From the NCBI RefSeq assembly GCF_040938485.1, contig NW_027271056.1:992001-1056000 (forward strand): a stretch of 64,000 nt of DNA, read 5' to 3'. The translations under genes and the position numbers were made by a program. This stretch comes from Diadema antillarum. Its lineage: Eukaryota. Below the pieces are notes generated by a model. The model was not told where the DNA came from, ran no database searches, and saw only the letters and a list, made by a program, of their open reading frames with translations. This document shows positions 24,777 to 45,285 of the stretch, one piece after another. The stretch's first letter is position 1. Every line of letters starts with the position of its first letter.

Positions 24777-27593
24777 TGTATCTATAAAGATAGATAATTA
24801 TATGATTATATCTCTATGATGGCCTAATTGGTGAACTTACTTTCTTACAAAATATAATTTGCCTTCATTTCATATCCAGGCCTCGTTTATCTTTAGATAC
24901 GGATATATTCGTTATTTGTATATCTAAAAAAAAAACCTCTACAAATAAACCAATAGACGAACGACATAGACTTACGAAGTTTCATAAGACAATCTCCACT
25001 TCTAAATCACCAGAGACAAGTTGCAGTTTTGTTAGACATCTGATGATTTTGTCGTCTTCTTTTAGTGGGTTTAGAAAATATTCTAACCTTATCAGGGTTT
25101 CAAATGTTATTTCAGCGATGTTATATACTTTCCTTGCCTTAGTCTTATATCTCATATTCCCTCCTTGAGTATATTTTAAACCCATCGGATGGAACGCTCC
25201 GTATGTTCCCATCCCATTATCAATCTCACTTCTTGGTTGACGGTCAAGGATCCGTCGCTCGCTTCGGCGTATTCCCAGCCGGCGTCACAGCCGACGAGGC
25301 CGCTACCGGTAAGGTCCAAGTCCGGACTGAACTCCACACCCGTCACATTGTACCGCCGACAGGAGGCGAACTGCTTTTCACCATCTTTGGTATAGTTCCA
25401 AGGGATGCCGGCTTCTCTCTTCGCACTGGAACAGCCCCAAGTCGTATTGAAGCCATAAGAATCACAGTCTACTGAGCTCCACTCTGGTATCTTACAAAAA
25501 CAAAAACAAAAACAAAAATAAAAAAACGACAATACGAGTTAGAAAAATCTAAATAACACAATCAAAAAATGCTCCAGACACGTTAATCGCTCTTTGCCGT
25601 CAAGATATAGGCATTAATGAGGAATATTTCAGGTCGAAGTAAATGGGCTTTCTCTATCTCCATTTGGCGACATTTAAAGCCTGAATGAGGTTCGGAGTCC
25701 GTGGTCTGGGGCTGATGTCCAGGTTTTCTTCCAAACATCTTGTGGATGCTGTTATATCCTAACTTAACCTTTAGTCGACATTGTTTGAAATCGCGGCTGT
25801 GGTGTTGTCCTCATGGAGTTTGTTGCTTCGTATCACCAAATAAGACCTTAAAATCTTGAGACGATATCGACCTGAAAACTGATCACAATAAGCGTGACAA
25901 CGCTTTCGAATATCCCTTCCACTTTGTATCAACTGGGACAGCATCAGTAGAGAACTATGCATGATACGAGTCTACCAACAGAAGAAAACGGATTTGAACA
26001 GTTCTCATGAAGCAAAATACTGTCCAATATGTACATATACTAATATATTGCACAACTACTGCTGCTCGATGTGCTCTTGTTGCATTTGCGAATTGGTCAC
26101 TTCACCATACCTCATCTCCACCACCAAAAGCGATCTGATTAGAACGTGAATGTTCCCATACAGTATGTACATTGTGTTCCTAAAAAAACCCAAACAAACA
26201 AACAAACAAAACGAAACTGAGTTTCATATTGCAACTTTTTGTTGTCATAATTATTAATTTGCTCTATAAGATGTACATGACTGGAAAGATAAGCTTCTAT
26301 TCTTTAATTTCATGCACAACTCAATGTTCATTATGAATGAGTTAGAACACTGGACAGTGGTGCCACCAAATTTTCATTTGCACGCGCAAATTGTGACTTT
26401 GAGTGAGTTTTTTTAAAACAAAGTTCTTGACTAGAATAACTTTCTTCTTCATATGAGACCTTATGCGTAAAATACGAATGACGCATACTGCTCGAGAGAA
26501 AGTTGCATGAAAACATGCTTCATTGCTACTTATTTGACGGATAGTTGAAAAACAGGCATTCAGCTTTCCCGACTAATAAAAGCAATATATAGACAATGAG
26601 CTTAATATCTGTGCAAGTGAATTCCTTTATCATCATCCCCACCCTCATGTTTGAGTAAATTCATCGAAGCCTGAAGGCCAATGTAATCTGCCAAGTCGGG
26701 AAAGCTAAATGGTTTCTTATTTAACTATCCATCCATCTGAGTACAATTGAAGAATATTTTCAAATTAAGTTTTCTCCAGCAGGCGTTAATAATTTTTTTA
26801 TTATTAGTGGAGATGAGGATTGGGCTTATAACTTTTTGCGGGATACCAAAAATGATCTTCTTTTTGCAAAAGACTTATGCAGATACACAGTTAAGATGAA
26901 ATAAAGCTTGATACGTACATACAGAGAAAAAGGCTGTAGTTACAACTGTTTTATGAAAGACACGCTTATATGGAACACAAGAAAAAAGAACGGATATCCA
27001 ATCATGGTAAAAAATTAACATACTACATAAGTACTTTGCAACAGTATTAGACGACAATAAAAATCTGAAATAATTTTTTCTTTGTTGCTTATTGCTTTTG
27101 TGCCTTTTCACAGCTGCTGTCCTTTACAATGGTCTTTAATTTTGTTGTGCCTCTAAGTTTAAAGGGTAGGAATTCTTGAGGTCTACTTCTAACACTCGGT
27201 TGATAAGTACATGGTAAGTGCTGAGACCATGAGGATAGTTTGCTCAGTGTGCGAACGGTGTTTGCTCCAATTCTAGACAACTTGTGTCTGCTCCATGATT
27301 ATGTGGGTAAATTGTTTTGATTATTTTGATGGCCGAACTGGACACCAAATTACAAAATGTTGTGAATAACTATTGTAAGTATATCTATTGCTGACCAAAT
27401 GAACATTCGTTGGAAAATGTTAACTTACTGTGCACCAGTGCTCCGGTTCGCCAGACGTGAATACCGTGACAAGGGTTTGCCATGATATCACAAATTGAAA
27501 AAGGCACAGAACTCCGTATATCACGATCTGATAGCGACCGAACTCTCCAAGCTCGACCAGGGTGTCATCAAACGTCCGTTGTGGTTGTGTCAT
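18726..27593 (-). CDS. SLC22-family transporter gene B (tandem paralogue of A), 11 coding exons, 566 aa
   Basis: Exons (minus): 27429-27593, 25230-25490, 24564-24667, 23601-23755, 22824-22992, 21954-22092, 21197-21285, 20342-20550, 19829-19937, 19241-19450, 18726-18816. All GT-AG and phase-consistent; total 1701 nt. Motifs: FDDTLVELGEFGRYQ, FDLVC, ADRIGRH, IPESARWL, WGRR, EIFPTTVRN, LPETQGKNIPET; C-terminus ...GELEVHV*. Confidence 0.95.
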
Positions 27594-28053
27594 GTCGACC
27601 CGTTGATGACGAACCTCAGGGTATCTATACTCGTGGAACGCGTTAACTGGATCAAGGAGTTATCTCCTTGACTGGAACAAGACGTTATGCATACACTCCA
27701 GGGAAGTGTAAACAGGAGTCCTGAAGATGCGGAGCAGGAATATAAAGTACGTACTCTTTTTTTGTTATTCATGTCACCGATGCGATGCGGTTGACCGGGA
27801 CTACTTCCCGCAAAACAAAAATACTACGCATCGAAGTGTTTCTCGAGATTATGTATATGAACCAAAAAATATATTATACATGTGCATAAATCATCTTGCC
27901 GTTGGATTTGCCCCAAACTATTTAATCATTGCATAATGTTCGAAACGGCGACAGAAACATCATTATATCAAGCCATGTAAAGTCACTGTTTTCATCTGAG
28001 CATCCATTGGACGGGGATAAGTCACAGTCTGTGTTTGTTTGTTTGCTTGTTTG

Positions 28054-28054
<1 letters not shown>

Positions 28055-28104
<50 letters not shown>

Positions 28105-28640
28105 TTATTTCTGCAAAATAAGAATATGTACATTACTGCTCATGAATAATACAAAGAAATTATCAGAAAAAGTACATGAAACTGGATGGCCCTACTCAGC
28201 AACCCCTCATGGTGGTCCAGCGGTTCAGAAGAAAACATCCTCGGTATATCCGATATTAGCATACAAATTTATGTTAATATAAATCTTTATGAAATCAAAA
28301 TAACATCCATTATTACACTCTATTCATTCTATACAACACTATTACCATGATTACAATGAGCCAAATCAATGAATTCAACAAATGAATAGGCCTACATCTA
28401 TGCTTCAAAGAAAAAAATGTATATAACCTCATACAAATATACTCATTTTGAAAATTTAATACTATTATATAAACACTATTCTCTATAACTAAAAGATTTT
28501 CGGCAGTATTAAGCTTTGGGTTGGGGTTTGGGTTTGGGGTATACTAAAAAAAAAATCTTTAAAACATGAATTAGTTCATCGATGAATCTTATATGCCCTA
28601 AGATATGATTTATATGTTTATGATTATGTTTGTTTACGTA
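28055..28640 (-). mobile_element. L2/CR1-like LINE 3' remnant with (TCAA)n tail
   Basis: The minus strand reads ..YPKPKPQPKA*YCRKSFSYR.. (CR1/L2 ORF2 end-like). It is followed by a CTGGACC..CATG..GCTGAGTAGGCCATCCAG motif and AATAAAA(TCAA)n at about 28055-28110. Confidence 0.5.
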
Positions 28641-28659
28641 AACTATCCTTGTTTCACAT

Positions 28660-30037
28660 CATCTTTATTCAAATCATGAATAAAGAATAATCGAATAAAG
28701 AATAAAGATGATGGATATACAAAAACAATTGTTAAGTTTTTGGTTGAAATGGCTGGGTCGTTTTCTCAATGACTCAAGAGATATATGGAAAATAATGTGT
28801 TCATATTGGTTTGATTTGCTAGGGGGTATTATTTTGCTGTTGAATTGTAACTACAATTATTAACGTAGTATTATTAACGATATTGATACAAAAATCCCAA
28901 AGTTTTATAAAGAAATTTTACAGGCATGGGAACAAATACGATATTGGAAGATATCAACAGTGCAAACAGTAGGTCAAAAGAAGTTTTGAATCAGATCGTT
29001 TGGTATAACAAACGTATATTATTTGACAAGCATTCATTGTTTTATAAAAATTGGTATGAAAGTGGCATACTCTATTTTGGAGATTTAATAACAATAAATG
29101 GTTTCCGGTCTCTGGAATACATTATGTCAGAAATTAATTTCAGAAGAAGAAAATGTATTGCGATTTTTGATTATGCAACATTATAAAAAGCAATACTATT
29201 AGTATAGATTAACATGATAAATAAGGAAATGTTTGATACTTATATCAGAAAAGAAAATGTATTGTGTATACCAAGTGTGTGTGTTTCAAAAAAAGTAATC
29301 CCCATTATGGATTTAAGCAGTTAAGGCTTTGTACAATTTGATACCCTCAAAAAATTTGTTAACCAATACATGCTCCTCATATTGGGAGAACAAGTTTCAT
29401 TTCCGAGCTGATTGGGCCAGTGTATTCAGATATAATTTAGAGTATATAAAAGAAAACAAACTATGAGAATTTGATTTGAAATTGTTGTATAATTCATTGC
29501 CAGTGAGAAGTAATCTATTCAAATGGGGTTTAAGTTATGATGATTTGTGCCCGAGCTGCAACGTAAAAGAGGACATCGTTCATGCCTTCATTGAATGCAA
29601 ACTTAATGAAAATTTGTTTCTATATTATGTAAGGAGTCTGTTACAAGATGTACCATGCAACAGTAACAAATATCAACGTTTCACATTACTGAAAATATAA
29701 TGCAAAAGTTTTTCTAGTTTGTTTTTGACAATAGCATTTTGGAGTATTCATAAGCTCATTTTGAAACGGAATGAAACCAGTAATGATAAAAGAAGCGGTT
29801 CTTTAAAGCACGTGTTTATGAGAGAAATTAGAACGAGAATAGAAATACAATGTTATATGAAACATAGAAGAACATTAAGGAAAAATGCACAATTGTTACC
29901 AATCGAATTGTTGAACCTCTAATGCACGATTGTGTTTGTATCACTTTTATGTGACATTGTCATGATAATATTACTTTGATTGTGTATTTTGAATGGAACC
30001 CTGAATAAATCCTCGGACGAGGCAAAAGAAAAAAAAG
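28660..30037 (+). mobile_element. 5'-truncated, decayed non-LTR retrotransposon (L1/Tx1 clade), ORF2 C-terminal region
   Basis: Broken ORF pieces at 28926-29186, 29476-29700 (KLLYNSLPVRSNLFKW...CPSCNVKEDIVHAFIEC, zf-RVT-like CCHC finger) and 29719-29922. AATAAA at 30004-30009; A-tail at 30024-30036. Flanked by the identical 14-mer TCCTTGTTTCACAT at 28646-28659 and 30038-30051. Confidence 0.85.
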
Positions 30038-31304
30038 TCCTTGTTTCACATACTCATTGATATACATGTATATGTATAGACCTACGTTTATAAGGTTCTT
30101 CCTTTTTTTCAGTAATGAATGTAAAGATTTGACCTCTAATCAAGTTCCATGAGGAATGCTTTGTAAGAATTTCAACCTTGATATAGGCACTTTATAGTGT
30201 CAAATCATTGATTTTAATCTTTGATAAGAACATGCATGTACGACTGCGCCATGTTTGTTTATTTGTTTTTAGTTTTAAAGTAAAGACAAAATAGTAGATT
30301 ACTGTTGTTGACTTATACACTTATGATACACTTGGAATGTTCACACATGGTACTGTATTCTAATTTCGTGAATAGTTACACAACCACAGTTTTTGGCTTT
30401 TTTTAATATAAACAAACAGGGATTTTTCTTTTCATGACCACTGACATGTTTCTTGCTTTTTAGGCACTCTGATTAGTTGGACATGTAAAGAGTGAAACAT
30501 AACTTGTTTCACTTTTTTCCATGATATTGAAGAAATGCTTAGGTGTTCTTTATCTACATACATTTTGGGTGTATGCGTAAGATAGTGAACCTTTCTTATA
30601 TCCCGAACAACACACAATCGCTTTCTTCCTTACGACATTTTATTACGCTCAGACAATTATGCAACAACATCATTGCATAATAAGAAATTAATACAAAATA
30701 AGGACCCTTGGAATGGTATTTAATGATTACATCCACTTCATCCAGTTATGAAACTGTACCTTTGCGTCGAAGAAAGAAGAACAAATACAGGGATCTAATG
30801 TATTTCAATTCAAATTTGATTGAACTCATATCGTGAATTCTTAGGACGTAATAAGAATAGCAATATCCACATGTGCACAGTCTCACTATATGAAAATATA
30901 AGCGATGGTTGATATCAGCTAAAGATTGTTGTGCAGCCATGTTGAAAAAAAAAAATGAGAAGGGTCATTAAGTAATTTTCCGCCATATGCCGTCTGTCAT
31001 ATTCCTGTCCAGGAAACATAAATTACGACTTGAAATAGAATAAAATATTAGTGGATTTCATATTGAGGTCGGTGTCACATGGGTAGTGGTACCGTTTTTC
31101 GATTGGCATCTGTCGATATTTGCTGAATTCAAACGATCGAATAATGGTGAGACGCAAACGCGGATAGGAATTGAGGACGGTAAATATGACATTATTAATC
31201 AACACTCATTATCTATTCGAATGTTACATCCTCATTACTTAGAGGAATCTTATAGGCTCCTTCGTAAATTCACTTAAATCTTGATTTTGTATATTTTCAT
31301 CATT

Positions 31305-32381
31305 AGCCGCATTTACACTTACTAACATCGCGATTTTTAAAATCGCGATATTTTGGTTCCACCGTTTACACTTGCGCAAAAGCACGCGAAGTTTGAGCTT
31401 CACGAAACATCGCGATTTTTTGGTCGGTAGTACGCATGCGTAATTTACCTGTTTTCAACACGGTAGCTGAGTGGAAGCGCGCGCTATTCTGTTCGTTTTC
31501 ACTGCAGTGGAGTGCAGTATATTTTGATCACAGCTGGCTGGTTGGAACGTTGAGCCAGGGCTTTTTATCAGTACAATGCACACATAAATTTGTGCTTCTC
31601 GAGACTGTTTACATACGGTAAAACTATATAGCTTGCTATATTAGATCACATACGTAGTAGGTGTGTAAAACTTCATCTACAGCAGCATTCAGGAGGATCA
31701 TGAAATTTCGCCGATATGACGAAAGTGGGAAGTAAGACTTGGAAGTTAGGACTGGTGTTTTATCAGGTGACAGCAAGAACTTACACCTGTTACGTACTCC
31801 TGAGTCCTGTATTCCACAAACAACGTATATATATCGAGAGCAGTACGGGCACTCCCACAATCTGAATCAACGCATTTCTGGGAGAACATTATTTTGTTAA
31901 GTTGTCATGGGGTGATGATACGTGGTTGGAGAACTTCAGGTTTGCTACCAGTAGTAGTTTTCACGTACAGTGTACTAGTTTCATCAGGGAGGGGGAGGTG
32001 AGAGACCACGAGCCGACCGAGGATCGGCCGTTTAGACCTGTGGCTGTACACAGCTGTCTATACCGTGTACTAGTACAGTACTCTGGCCAGTGACCGACGT
32101 GCTCTTTACACGTTCCAAAGAGGGATCGGGAGCGCGCGTAAACTCCCGGTGCAATCCGATACCGAGAGTCACGTGATTAAAAATCGCGATATTTCTGCAG
32201 CTTGGGTTTACACTCGCTAACTTCGCCTCAAACTTCGCGATGTTTCAAAAAATCGCACTCCGGCTGGCGATTTTTCTGGCGATGTTTCGAGGGCGTTTGG
32301 GTGTAGTTGCTTAGCAACTTACACCCAAATGTCGCGATTTTAGAAAAATCGCGATTTTTCCAAGCAAGTGTAAATGGGCCT
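31305..32381. mobile_element. ~1.08-kb non-autonomous DNA transposon (Harbinger-like TIRs)
   Basis: Left TAGCCGCATTTACACTT versus reverse complement of the right end TAGGCCCATTTACACTT. Subterminal arrays of TCGCGA-containing palindromes at both ends. Confidence 0.65.
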
Positions 32382-35300
32382 ACTGAAGATCATTCAAGGA
32401 TGTTGGCACAAGGCGATTTGAGTTATGTATATGTTGTGATTGATATATAGTTTTTTATTAAAGTATAATACAAATCATTCGTCCTGCNNNNNNNNNNNNN
32501 NNNNNNNNNNNNNNNNNNNNNNNNNNNNNNNNNNNNNNNNNNNNNNNNNNNNNNNNNNNNNNNNNNNNNNNNNNNNNNNNNNNNNNNNNNNNNNNNNNNN
32601 NNNNNNNNNNNNNNNNNNNNNNNACCAGAAAACAAAAAACAACAAAACAAAACAAGACAATTCTCACATTTTGAGTAGATTTCAAATTTACTTGTATTTT
32701 TCCGTTAGAAGTATATTTCATAGACATTTTATTAGAAAGTAAAAGAGGGACATTTAGAAAACAACGACAGCAACAGCAATAACAGAGACAAAACAGGGGA
32801 AATTAGTTTTAAAGAGAGTTCAGTATATGTGGTGATCATGGGCTTAATAAGCTCAGTGCGTTTCCATGTAGGCCCTACTCATTAATTAATCCAATACTCT
32901 TTGTAATTGTACCTCTACCATTTTTTCGTGAAGTTAATAGACTCTTGTTAGACGTTCATTATTAATATTTCATAAAATATTTCAAGATTTATAAATCATA
33001 CACTACTTCCCTATATTCATCTCTATTGAGAGCGACATGTTATGACATTGTGACTGATGAAAGAACGAAAACAACTAAAATTCCCCTCCATTTTGAATTG
33101 TTTAGAATTGTTTAGTGTTGTAATAAGTATATGGGTTATATTTGAAATTATAATACTGTGCAACTAAACAAATTCGTTGGGAGTGTATTTTGCTTTATAC
33201 GTATATACAAAGTACAAATACTTTAAACAATCTCTTACAATACTATATGCACAAAATACCGCCCCCCCCCCCCCAAAAAAAAAAAAAAAAGTCAGGACAT
33301 TTTCCTTCAGAAGAAAAAAAAATGCTTTGGGTGCACAACGAATAATGACGGACCACGAACAAGTCTCTTTTTTTTAATATGCTCAATATCTTGACAGAGA
33401 GAAATAGATGCTAAACTTATAAATTCCATGCGGTATTCACAAGTCATAATTCATTAATGACCACACACAGATTGAAAATTTTGTCCAATAAATATCTGAT
33501 ATACATCAATATTGGATGTAGCCGAAGTACCTGACTATGCCTGCCATATGGCAGCCATGACTTGATCTATACTTCTTGTCTCAGCAAGGATATTTACGAA
33601 CTAATGGAAATCCAAGGAAATGTCAAGTTTCCTAAAAACACTAAGGCAGACAGATGAAAAAACAGACAGATGTTCCTGTTGTTTGACTTGCTCTGTTGAC
33701 TACAGGGGGCTGGCTTGTTAACATGATTCAACTACTTCTTTTTCATCATTGCCACTACTAAAACACTACATAATCGGTGCTTATTTACGTCGATGAAAGC
33801 AAATTTGTCAATCAGTTGAACAACAGCAACGGCAACAACAACTCAGCGCAAAAATTCATCAATTTAAATACTTTTTAAGCAAAAAAGATAACCACATGAT
33901 CTCTTCTGAAATATACTATTTTGGAAATATATATGTGGAAAATATTGAGCAAAACAGTCGGATGGCCAATCCTGGAATATATTATATCAACATATTTTTT
34001 AATCATTCTATATCAAAATGATATGGTAATGCTTTCGTCGTTGCACGTAATAACATGATCCGTGTCTCACTGCTTCATTGTACACCAATGCACTGAATTC
34101 AACAGTTCCAAATTTGGGACAAAATAAACTGCCGGGTACGTTGATAGTGGATATAGAGAGTGTTCCGGCCTTCAAAGACAATGACCTAACTTAGACGTGA
34201 TGAGCCCACGCTTGGCACTCGGAGTAGAGCCATGACCGTGTATATACCTCACGCGACCTCATTATTATACCTCACAGCTAAAGAAAGTCAAGTTGAATGG
34301 AAAACAACATATGTCCAAAAATTGAACGCTACAAGAAACATGATGACCACCAGGAAATGGCTACCTTTGACAGATAACAACTGAAGGGAGGCCACTGAAG
34401 GGATAAACAAATGTTTAAAAAGGAAGATAAAACAAGAAGCTTTTAAGAACCAAAGTTAGATTCTTATCTTACTTAGAGGCTATATCTTGTAGTTCAGGTC
34501 AATTAGGTGATAAAATGATGACATTGCTTGGAAACTCTTCCTCTGGTGTGGAAATCTATTCTGGTCATTTATTGTCCACGTTGAAAAAAAAAAATGTCTT
34601 GTTTTTTTTCAACGAGCGAAATCTTTCTATTTTGCTCAACTGCTCAAGGGACTTTGATGATACGTATTTTGCNNNNNNNNNNNNNNNNNNNNNNNNNNNN
34701 NNNNNNNNNNNNNNNNNNNNNNNNNNNNNNNNNNNNNNNNNNNNNNNNNNNNNNNNNNNNNNNNNNNNNNNNNNNNNNNNNNNNNNNNNNNNNNNNNNNN
34801 NNNNNNNNNNNNNNNNNNNGAATAAAAAAAAAACATGCATTAGGTCATTCTTAATAGCGAGAGATATGTTTATATACATCCCATAGATGTGTCTGAACGT
34901 CGCAGTCTACCATGTCTGCGATTTTTCGGAGTAGATTCTGTTTCTCCAGAGAAAAGGCAAGTTTAAAGCTATAGCCTGTGTTCAGAAAATGCACGAAAAA
35001 CCACACCAGTCACCCATGCTTTCTTGTCACCAACTTGGCGTATCGCGTGGTCGCGACGTCACGTGTTCGGACAACGGATAGTGTGTGATGAATCTTGATT
35101 CCAGACGATCTGTCGCTAGAATTATCCCAGTTTTGCATATGCATAAGTGCATAGGTTATTGTCTGAGACGTACGGAACACTACAAACATTTTCCTGCAGT
35201 TATAATGCAATTCCACCCCATGCCATTTCACATTAGCTTTCTGAAGAAGAGTAAATTCGAAAGCGTGTGTAAAAACGAGTGGTAAACTTTCACTCAAAAC

Positions 35301-36648
35301 GTTTTCACGAAACAATGATATTAGTAGAAATCACGTAATTTAGGATTAGACGAGTTGGTGATGATAAGGTCGCACGAGTGTCCCACTGACCTATACACAT
35401 CAGTCTTTAATTATTTCCCCTTTGTCCGGAGGACTTCGTCATTACGGTCGGGAGTTGGACAACTAGCATTTGTTTGTTTGTTTGTTTGTTTGTTTGTGGG
35501 GAGGGTTGTAGTTGTAACGTTCTCGACCAAACAAAACAACAATAAAGTAGCATGGACACCATCCATTGTGGGCTTTTGGAGGTATAACTTTTAATACAGC
35601 ATAACGCGGGGTAGAAAAACTAAAGTGTCTGTTTGTATACGTTTGATAAAACATTTATTTTTTGAATAACTATATTCTGAAAAGATAATGGATTGCAGAC
35701 AATAATGTCACTCGCTGTAGAAAAACAGACAGAAACGGGAAAAGTTTCGTACAAAGTTTTATTTCGAACAATATTGAAACAAATTAACATGAGTTACAGA
35801 CTGCGTTTATACAAACATATTGTGCAGGGCCTATCTGCAACTTGCGCATGATTAGAAGATTGTTTTCAATCATAGCTATAATCGCAGTGTAGAGACGTGT
35901 CTTTCCACCTCCCTGATGACCTCAAGTTCTCTTCACTGGCGCATAAAATTCCACGACTCTCGAGCAAAGAAGTTATATTTCTGTGACGCAGGGATTCTTC
36001 ATACAGCCTTCATGTTATTTTTCTCATTATCATGGAGGCAGGTTGGGACACAACTTACAAATTTAATATCGCCCTATTCCATCTTGGATGGAAAAATTAA
36101 TTCTCTTTATACATTTCCAAGAAATTTTAGACAACTAATCATACGGCGACCTTGCTAATTTCGCTTCCGCATTGTGTATTGAAAATTTGGCCATCACATC
36201 ACCAATCATGCCAATATCCATCCAATCCCATCTCTCTCTCTCTCTCTCTCTCTAACACACACACACACACACACGCACATACACACAGACACAAATCATG
36301 ACCAAACCAAGACCATAAATTAATGGTACCCCCTTAGTGATATTCCTTTCAGCAGACTCTTCAAAATATGTTAAGCTAACAACATTATTGTAATAAGGAA
36401 AAAATATATCGTATACAGTGTACTACACTACTTAATTATGTAATATACTGTACAGTCATAACATTTGTTCATTCCGTTGATATTGAGAAAAGAAAATGGT
36501 GTAGTTGTGTTTGACTGTGTGTGTGTGTGTGTGCGTGTATTTGTGTGTGTGTTTTTGTGTCTACGGGGATGTATAATATCACAAAATAGCGTTTATCATT
36601 TCATGTGTGTCAGTTCGCATTGCTATAGGTTTGGGAGAGACCATCACA

Positions 36649-43061
<6,413 letters not shown>

Positions 43062-44121
43062 TTTAGTCCTGCACTTGGACTTGACTCATGAATGAGAGCT
43101 AAAATGGTTTATAATGATTAGTACCGAATACAGTACATGTACTTGCTGTCAATCGACAACAGACAACGTTTCAAACACCTCTATTCGTCTCCAGGACTTA
43201 TCAAATAACAATGGTCAAAGTCCGCATGCATGTAACTATATCAGCTTGAGGTGGTATCAGTTCAATATAACCCTGTTGACCAGCCTCTTAAGTGGTCTTT
43301 ACTCAGAGATAATGATTTTATTATTATAGAGCACTATCGTGTTCTTTTATATTTTTGATATTAAATTTGGTTATCATAGCTGTGTGATCAATGCACATCA
43401 ATATCGTTATGTACATAATCCTCAACTTTGATTTTATATGGATTTTTTTCTCTCTTTAATGTCAACATTTTGTTTTCAAAATATGTAAGAATTACACAAT
43501 AGGTCCTACCCAGTTCAGTGTTATATTTGTATTCCAACGTTTTTGCTTTCTATTATGTAATCTTAGCAACATTAATTTATAAATGTTATTGCAAGCAGGT
43601 GGAAAAAACAATCTACATTGGCTGCACAAATGCAAACTCAGGGGTCATGCTCAGCGATTGTGAACATTGCGTGTGATGTGTGACAATTACGTATCTATTT
43701 ATTTAATTAATTATTATTATTTTTTTTTTTGGGGGGGGGGGGGGGTGGGGGATTGGGACTTCATTGCATGCCTGGCAACCCCCCCCCCCCCCCCCCGTCC
43801 ATAACTTACAACAAAACAACAACAAAGGAAACAAACAGAGTGGCGAGGGACATAACTGTTTTCATGAAAATATATTAGACATATTGCTGATACACGCTTT
43901 TTTTTCTTTTGATAAAAAGAACAAATTCTCTCGAGTTATTGACAAACCTATATCTAAGAGCAATATCATCCCCTGCCTTCTGAAGGAGGTAAGTCAAAAA
44001 ACCTTTCATTATGCTAGATAGACTGAAATAGGTGAAATTCGCTTGATATTCCTACTGTTATCGTTTCATAACTGTCACATCACGATCTTTTGTCGTCCAG
44101 CAATAAAGCAGCAAACCTTAA

Positions 44122-45283
44122 AGGCCGTGTCACACCATAACGCGGGCTTGTGGCGAGGAGGTAGTTTCCAGCACGTAGCAGATTTTCAGCGGGCGAACAA
44201 GAATGTTTGCAATTTTCATTCATGCCTTGTCATACCGTACGGGGGAACTTCTGCGGCTTGACTTGCGGGGAAACAAATTTACTCCAAGGAGCTCTCCGCA
44301 GTTGGTCCGCACCTGACAGTATCTAGCGCGTAGTTGCCCGGAGGTGCTCACGCAAGTCCGATTTAACCGCAGCCAAGTTTTGAGCATGACCAAAACTTTT
44401 TTTTTCCGGGTGAGTCGCGGGAATGCCCGTAGAGGTCCACGCAGAACGCCAGTAGGAGACCCTTAGCGGCAGTACTTCCCAGGCAATTCCCACGCAGGTA
44501 CTTCGCAGTCCCGTATGCAGCCAAGATAATGAAATTCTGTGAGATTTCAGCCATTCCATTGGAGGAATTCCTTCACTAAGTTGTCAGCCCCCACGCGACT
44601 GGTACAAAGGTCACACAGTATACTCGCAAGTATAACGCGTCCAACAAGTAAGACACATGCGCTGACTCGCTCAAATCCTTTTCCGCCCTCAGGAATGTCC
44701 GGTATGCTAGAAAATCCCTACACGTAACAAGCCCGAGTAGCTTGCCCGGAAAGGTGTGACAGGGCCTAAACACGGTTGCGGGTAAAAAAATATGCGTGCG
44801 CACCTCCGAGCGACTACTTTTGAGATACATGCAAGGTACTGTCATGTGCGGATGTCTACGGGGACCTCCGGGTAGTTGTTGTTGTTGTTCATTTTCCATC
44901 TGTGAAGATGGCTGGATAGCCCATATTCAGCTACACTAAGCTGGTCTTCCATGGGGTCCAGTTGGATGTGGGGTGGGACCACTTCACCGGGTTAGACACC
45001 CTGCTCTTTTCGATGAATGAATGAAGCGGGATCTTTTACGTGCATGAGCTGTGACTCTCTCATACACGGGACCTCCATTTTATGTCCTATCCGAGGGACA
45101 GAGTGTTTTGCCTCTTGCTAGAGGGGACGGTATGTTTACACACAACATTGCTCAGTCCAGACTCGGGTTCGAACCCGGGCCGCGTGATCGTGAGGCAGAC
45201 GCGCTACCGACTGAGCCAACTCACCGCCCTAGTCAAAATATTGTTCTTTGCAAGTCGCACGCAAGGCTGGTGTGACACGGCCT
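44122..45283. mobile_element. PIF/Harbinger-like non-autonomous element (MITE) carrying a SINE insertion
   Basis: Perfect 15-bp TIRs: AGGCCGTGTCACACC (44122-44136) and GGTGTGACACGGCCT (45269-45283). TAA on both sides (44119-44121, 45284-45286), the canonical PIF/Harbinger TSD. Confidence 0.8.
44876..45228 (-). mobile_element. Full-length tRNA-derived SINE
   Basis: Minus-strand head GGCGGTGAGTTGGCTCAGTCGGTAGCGC...GGGTTCGAACCCG contains Pol III A and B boxes. About 350 bp, with a (CAA)n tail and a short TAG(T) duplication. Inserted in a MITE whose sibling copy at ~46655 shows the empty site. Confidence 0.85.
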
Positions 45284-45285
45284 TA

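Noticed and set aside
45150-45228. tRNA-like sequence
   Set aside because: The acceptor and anticodon stems do not pair properly, and it continues into a SINE body with a second genomic copy. It is a SINE head, not a tRNA gene.
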